From: an uncultured Alphaproteobacteria bacterium
GTDB lineage: Bacteria > Pseudomonadota > Alphaproteobacteria > CAAHEQ01 > UBA3637
Length of the DNA stretch: 64,000 nt
Direction of reading: 5' to 3'
Assembly: GCA_937906925.1 (NCBI GenBank)
Contig: CALCTR010000041.1
Span: 27,741-91,740 of the forward strand
Below the pieces are notes generated by a model. The model did not search any database. It saw only the letters and a program-made list of their open reading frames with translations, and was not told the DNA's origin. Positions within the stretch are counted from its first letter, which is position 1. Every line of letters begins with the position of its first letter. Shown one piece after another: positions 59,830 through 64,000 of the stretch. The position numbers were made by a program, and so were the translations under genes.

Positions 59830-62580
59830 ATGACAAACAACAATAAAAGCATATGCCTTGTTGATGGCTCCGGCTACATATTTAGAGCATTTTATGCTTT
59901 ACCCATTATGACACGTGCAGATGGCACACCCGTCAATGCCGTTTATGGGTTTATGAATATGTTAATGAATTTAATCGCACAAAACAGTTGTTCTCATGTT
60001 GTCGTTGTTTTTGACGCTAAACGTAAAAATTATAGAAATGATATTTATCCTGCTTATAAAGAAAACAGACGCGAAACACCGCCAGAACTTATTCCACAGT
60101 TTCCCCTTATTCGCAGAGCTAGTGAAGTTTTAAACATCCCATGGATAGAACTTGACGGATATGAAGCCGATGATCTTATCGCTACATATGCCAAAATTGC
60201 TACACAAAAAGGATGGCAAACAACCGTTGTTTCTGCAGATAAAGATTTAATGCAACTGATGAGCGATACCGTTTTATTATATGACCCAATGAAGAAAAAG
60301 CTTGTTTCAACACAAGATGTCATTGATAAATTTGGCGTTTTACCGGATAAAGTAACAGATGTACAATCATTGATGGGCGACAGTACAGATAATATACCGG
60401 GTGCAACGGGAATCGGGCCCAAAACGGCAGCGGCTTTGATTAACGAATTTGGCTCGCTTGAAAATCTGCTTCAAAACTTATCTTTAGTAAAAAATGAAAA
60501 ACGGCGTTCCATCTTGGAACGAGACAAAGAAAAAGTCATTATTTCACAAAAACTCGTAACCTTAAATACCCAAGCCCCCGTTTCTGATGATTTATCTAAA
60601 TTTATTTTAAAGAAACCAAACTTAAATGAAATTGAAGAATTTTTAATTCAAAATCGTTTTAACAGTCTACTATCTAAAATACCTTCATGGACAAACACAC
60701 AGACAAAAAAAGTGGACACACTACAACCAATTGCAAAAGATTATGAATTAGTTCAGGATGAAGAAACTCTTTTAAAATGGATAAATAAATTAAAATCAGC
60801 CGCTTATTTTGCCATAGATACAGAAACAACATCCTTAGATATCTCTGAGGCTAAATTAGTTGGTATCTCTTTAGCCGTTGAAAAAGGAAAAGCCTGTTAT
60901 ATTCCACTTAGACACGGCGAAGAAAAAGAAGAAGTCGGTGATTTATTTTCCTTTACTCCAGAGAAAAAAAGAGAAAAACAACTTAATGTAAAATTTGTAT
61001 TGGAAAAACTATTCCCTCTTTTAAAGGATAAATCAATCCTAAAAATCGGACACAACATTAAATATGATTTGCATATATTAGCTAAAGAAATCGGATCGGA
61101 TTTTAATATTTTTGCGTTTGAGGATACCATGGTTCTCAGCTATATATTAAATGGTATTTTACATGGACATGGGATGGATGAGCTGGCAAAAATTTATTTA
61201 GATTATACAACCATAAAATATGAAGATGTCTGCGGTACAGGGAAAGATAAAATAACTTTTGATAAAGTGGAACTAAATAATGCATTGGATTATGCGGCTG
61301 AAGACGCCGATATTACCTTGCGTCTTTATGAAATCTTAAAACCCAAATTACAAGATGAAAAACTAAAAAACATTTATAATAATATTGAAATTCCCCTTAT
61401 TAAAATCCTTTTTGAAATGGAACAGGAAGGCATTAAACTGGACATTTTACAACTCAACAGATTAAAGCAAACATTTTCACAAGAAATTCAACGTCTTACA
61501 GAAGAAATCCACACCATGGCCGGAGAAGAATTTAACATTAACTCTCCGATGCAATTAGGAAATATTCTCTTTGAAAAGATGGGACTTTCCGGTGGCAAAA
61601 AAGGTATTAAAGGCGGCTATAGTACAGATGTTAAAATTTTAGAAACGTTAGCTTTAGAAGGCTGTGAAATTGCCAAAACCGTATTGGAATATCGTTCTTT
61701 TTCAAAATTAAAAAGTACCTATGTAGACGCTCTTTTAACACTAACCGATAATAAAACACGTGTTCATACCTCTTTTATGCAAACCGTAACAAGCACCGGC
61801 AGATTGTCATCAACTGATCCTAATTTGCAGAATATTCCCATTAAAACACCGGCTGGTAAAGAAATTAGAAAAGCTTTTATAGCTAAAGAAGGATATAAAA
61901 TTGTAGCGGCTGACTATTCACAAATTGAATTAAGATTATTAGCGGATGTTGCTGATATAAAAAATTTAAAAGCCTCTTTTAAAAATAATGAAGATATTCA
62001 TACAAGAACTGCTTCTCAAATCTTTAATATTCCATTAGAGGCAGTTTCTCCAGATCAACGCCGACAAGCAAAAGCTATTAATTTTGGCATTGTTTATGGA
62101 ATGAGTGCTTTTGGACTATCCTATCAATTGGGTATTTCAAAAGCTGAGGCCGGCCAATATATCAATGCCTATTTTAAGGAATATCCTGAAATAAAAGCTT
62201 ATATGGATAAAACTGTTCAATTTGCAACCACAAATGGCTATGTTTTAACACCCATGGGTCGCAGGTGTTTCATTCGGGGTATTACCGATTCTAAGATGAA
62301 AGGTATTGCCTCTAGAGCCGCCATAAATGCTCCTATTCAAGGTGGAGCTGCCGATATTATTAAACAAGCAATGATTGATGTACAAAAAAAACTACAAGAA
62401 ACTAAGATTGATGCCAAACTTTTATTACAAGTTCATGATGAGCTTGTCTTTGAAGTAAAGACAGAAGAAACACAAAAGGTTGCCACTCTTGTTAAAGAAA
62501 CAATGGAAAAAGCTGTTAATCTCTCTGTTCCATTGGTTGTTGAAGTCGGTATAGCCGATAATTGGAAAGACGCACACTAA
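59830..62580 (+). CDS. polA: DNA polymerase I
   Basis: 5' nuclease, 3'-5' exonuclease and polymerase domains. Motifs 'DYSQIELR' and 'QVHDELVFE'. Confidence 0.95.
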   Translation: MTNNNKSICLVDGSGYIFRAFYALPIMTRADGTPVNAVYGFMNMLMNLIAQNSCSHVVVVFDAKRKNYRNDIYPAYKENRRETPPELIPQFPLIRRASEVLNIPWIELDGYEADDLIATYAKIATQKGWQTTVVSADKDLMQLMSDTVLLYDPMKKKLVSTQDVIDKFGVLPDKVTDVQSLMGDSTDNIPGATGIGPKTAAALINEFGSLENLLQNLSLVKNEKRRSILERDKEKVIISQKLVTLNTQAPVSDDLSKFILKKPNLNEIEEFLIQNRFNSLLSKIPSWTNTQTKKVDTLQPIAKDYELVQDEETLLKWINKLKSAAYFAIDTETTSLDISEAKLVGISLAVEKGKACYIPLRHGEEKEEVGDLFSFTPEKKREKQLNVKFVLEKLFPLLKDKSILKIGHNIKYDLHILAKEIGSDFNIFAFEDTMVLSYILNGILHGHGMDELAKIYLDYTTIKYEDVCGTGKDKITFDKVELNNALDYAAEDADITLRLYEILKPKLQDEKLKNIYNNIEIPLIKILFEMEQEGIKLDILQLNRLKQTFSQEIQRLTEEIHTMAGEEFNINSPMQLGNILFEKMGLSGGKKGIKGGYSTDVKILETLALEGCEIAKTVLEYRSFSKLKSTYVDALLTLTDNKTRVHTSFMQTVTSTGRLSSTDPNLQNIPIKTPAGKEIRKAFIAKEGYKIVAADYSQIELRLLADVADIKNLKASFKNNEDIHTRTASQIFNIPLEAVSPDQRRQAKAINFGIVYGMSAFGLSYQLGISKAEAGQYINAYFKEYPEIKAYMDKTVQFATTNGYVLTPMGRRCFIRGITDSKMKGIASRAAINAPIQGGAADIIKQAMIDVQKKLQETKIDAKLLLQVHDELVFEVKTEETQKVATLVKETMEKAVNLSVPLVVEVGIADNWKDAH

Positions 62581-62643
62581 ACATCAAAAAATATATTTTT
62601 TCAATAAGTTAATAAAATAAAGCGATTCGCATTTCAGATTATA

Positions 62644-62670
62644 AAAAATGCCTTTTAAAAGGCATTTTTT
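62644..62670. terminator. Bidirectional terminator between polA and the hydrolase gene
   Basis: Palindrome aaaaatgcctttt/aaaaggcattttt. Confidence 0.75.
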
Positions 62671-62674
62671 ATAA

Positions 62675-63376
62675 TTAATAATCATCATTAGGAATAACAA
62701 CCTTTTTACTCTTTTTAAGAGAGCGTTTAGGTCTACGTGCCATGATATCCGGTACTAATTCTGTAATAGTATCATGCACTTCTTTTAAGTTTTTGGAATA
62801 TACATGATCTCCTTCCGGTAAAACGCGATAATCCACATGCAAATAGCGGTGATTAGAAAGTTGTTCAGCTAGCATCGCTACTGTCGGTTCTGCAATCAAC
62901 TCATCTTTACCGCCTTGAATAATCAGACCTGAAGCCGGACACGGCGTTAAAAAATCAAACTGATACATATTGGTTGGTGGCGAAACAAAAACAAAGCCTT
63001 TAATTTCCGGCCGACGCATCAAAAGCTGAGCTGCAATCCAAGAACCAAAGGAATAACCAGCAATCCAACAAACATTAGATTCAGAATCTATATTTTGAAG
63101 CCAATCAAGAGCGATAATAGCATCAGCCAATTCACCAGCACCTGTTCCATCAATATTGCCTTGAGAATTACCAACACCTCTGTAATTAAATCGTAAAACT
63201 GAAAAACCCATATTAACAAAAGCTTGGAACATTGCGTACGTTACCTTGTTGTTCATGGTTCCGCCTTGAGCCGGATGCGGATGCAATACCAAAACAAGTG
63301 GTGCCCGTGGATTTTCAGATTTGTGAAAACGTCCTTCTAAACGACCGGCACTACCATTAAAAAACACTTCAGCCAT
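62675..63376 (-). CDS. Alpha/beta-fold hydrolase
   Basis: Nucleophile elbow 'AGYSFGSW', 'LVLHPHP' and a C-terminal 'GDH'. Confidence 0.75.
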   Translation of the reverse strand: MAEVFFNGSAGRLEGRFHKSENPRAPLVLVLHPHPAQGGTMNNKVTYAMFQAFVNMGFSVLRFNYRGVGNSQGNIDGTGAGELADAIIALDWLQNIDSESNVCWIAGYSFGSWIAAQLLMRRPEIKGFVFVSPPTNMYQFDFLTPCPASGLIIQGGKDELIAEPTVAMLAEQLSNHRYLHVDYRVLPEGDHVYSKNLKEVHDTITELVPDIMARRPKRSLKKSKKVVIPNDDY

Positions 63377-63503
63377 ATCAGACCCCCTGTTGGTTAAGTT
63401 AATATCTTTTATTTTTTAGTATATTATAACATTTTTTAATAAAATGCAATATTTTTTTCATTTTTTATACTGATAACTCAAACAAGAGAAAAAAATGACA
63501 AAT

Positions 63504-64000
63504 CTATTCTTTCTCTAATTTTAAATGGTAATAGGGCGAATTTTTAAGATGCGGACGAATGTGTGTATTAAACAAATCTGCCTCTTCCTGTGTTAAAAAT
63601 GAAATTTCATCTTGTGAAACTTTATCCTTATCTCTGATAGTACCATTTGATTTTAATGATTTCATAAAATGAAACCAAACCGGCGTCTTTAAAACGTGTT
63701 TATTCATATTTTTATAAAACTGCAAACCCTCATAATTTCCCACATGCACAAATTTCTTAAAATGTTTACGCTTAATAAAATAACTGTCTCCGCTTCTACC
63801 ATTAAAAGGAACACGCTTAAACTTAACAAAAATATTATTCCATGAAAATGTGTTATACCCCAATAACCCATATTTTATGTTTGGATCACCTTTTTCACGC
63901 ACAAATTCAACCTGTTGCTTTAACTGTTCAGTTAAATACACCTGATCAGCATCAATTTTCACCACCCAATCTTCTGGATCAAAAAACTGTAACCCAAAAT
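63504..64000 (-). CDS. Glycosyltransferase-like protein, 5'-truncated by the window edge
   Basis: The frame stays open upstream of the ORF-track GTG to position 64000 ('..FGLQFFDPEDWVVKIDADQVY'). The 'DxD'-like 'IDAD' suggests a GT-A fold. Confidence 0.4.
   Translation of the reverse strand, partial: FGLQFFDPEDWVVKIDADQVYLTEQLKQQVEFVREKGDPNIKYGLLGYNTFSWNNIFVKFKRVPFNGRSGDSYFIKRKHFKKFVHVGNYEGLQFYKNMNKHVLKTPVWFHFMKSLKSNGTIRDKDKVSQDEISFLTQEEADLFNTHIRPHLKNSPYYHLKLEKE

Noticed and set aside
1-64000. Search by eye for CRISPR repeats, tRNA/rRNA genes, IS elements, integrases, toxin-antitoxin pairs, restriction or other defence cassettes, and CtrA (TTAA-N7-TTAA) or GANTC-rich promoter motifs
   Set aside because: No regularly spaced repeats, T-loop/acceptor-like sequences, transposase or integrase ORFs, or small paired ORFs were seen. 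Only half-site or wrongly spaced TTAA matches occur in intergenic regions. A computational scan (tRNAscan-SE, Infernal, defence-system HMMs) would still be needed to exclude them.

Overview
AT-rich (about one-third G+C by eye, not computed), very gene-dense chromosomal segment. It is almost certainly from a reduced, host-associated alphaproteobacterium. Lineage markers are GcrA, alpha-type AddAB, a SecB/Tim44-like/MltA/Smr cluster, a Mic60-like/HemY-like pair and a CckA-like hybrid kinase.

Most of the window is housekeeping: trxA, tsaD, tsaE, secB, addBA, lspA, pgi, mutL, leuS, secDF-yajC, dut, accBC, nagZ, xseB-ispA, nth, gcrA and polA. I saw no rRNA, tRNA, CRISPR array, transposase or integrase.

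Non-routine content:
1. Scattered type IV secretion parts. A VirD4/TraG-type coupling protein is translationally coupled to a pentapeptide-repeat protein and converges on a VirJ-like lipoprotein. There is also a solitary VirB8-like gene and an ankyrin-like protein.
2. An anaerobe-style redox set: single-chain pyruvate:ferredoxin oxidoreductase, a 2x[4Fe-4S] ferredoxin, and a PerR-like/rubrerythrin operon with a palindromic operator.
3. A 379-bp ORF-free convergent spacer (28675-29053). It holds a near-consensus orphan promoter facing a GC-enriched, hairpin-rich segment, a candidate unclassified small RNA.
4. A GT2 plus GT-C-like plus cupin envelope-glycan module.
5. A 59-aa lipoprotein gene that is missing from the ORF track.
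6. Several lineage-specific orphan proteins, including one with a Cys/His-rich tail.

All functional calls come from motif recognition by eye. No database search was run.
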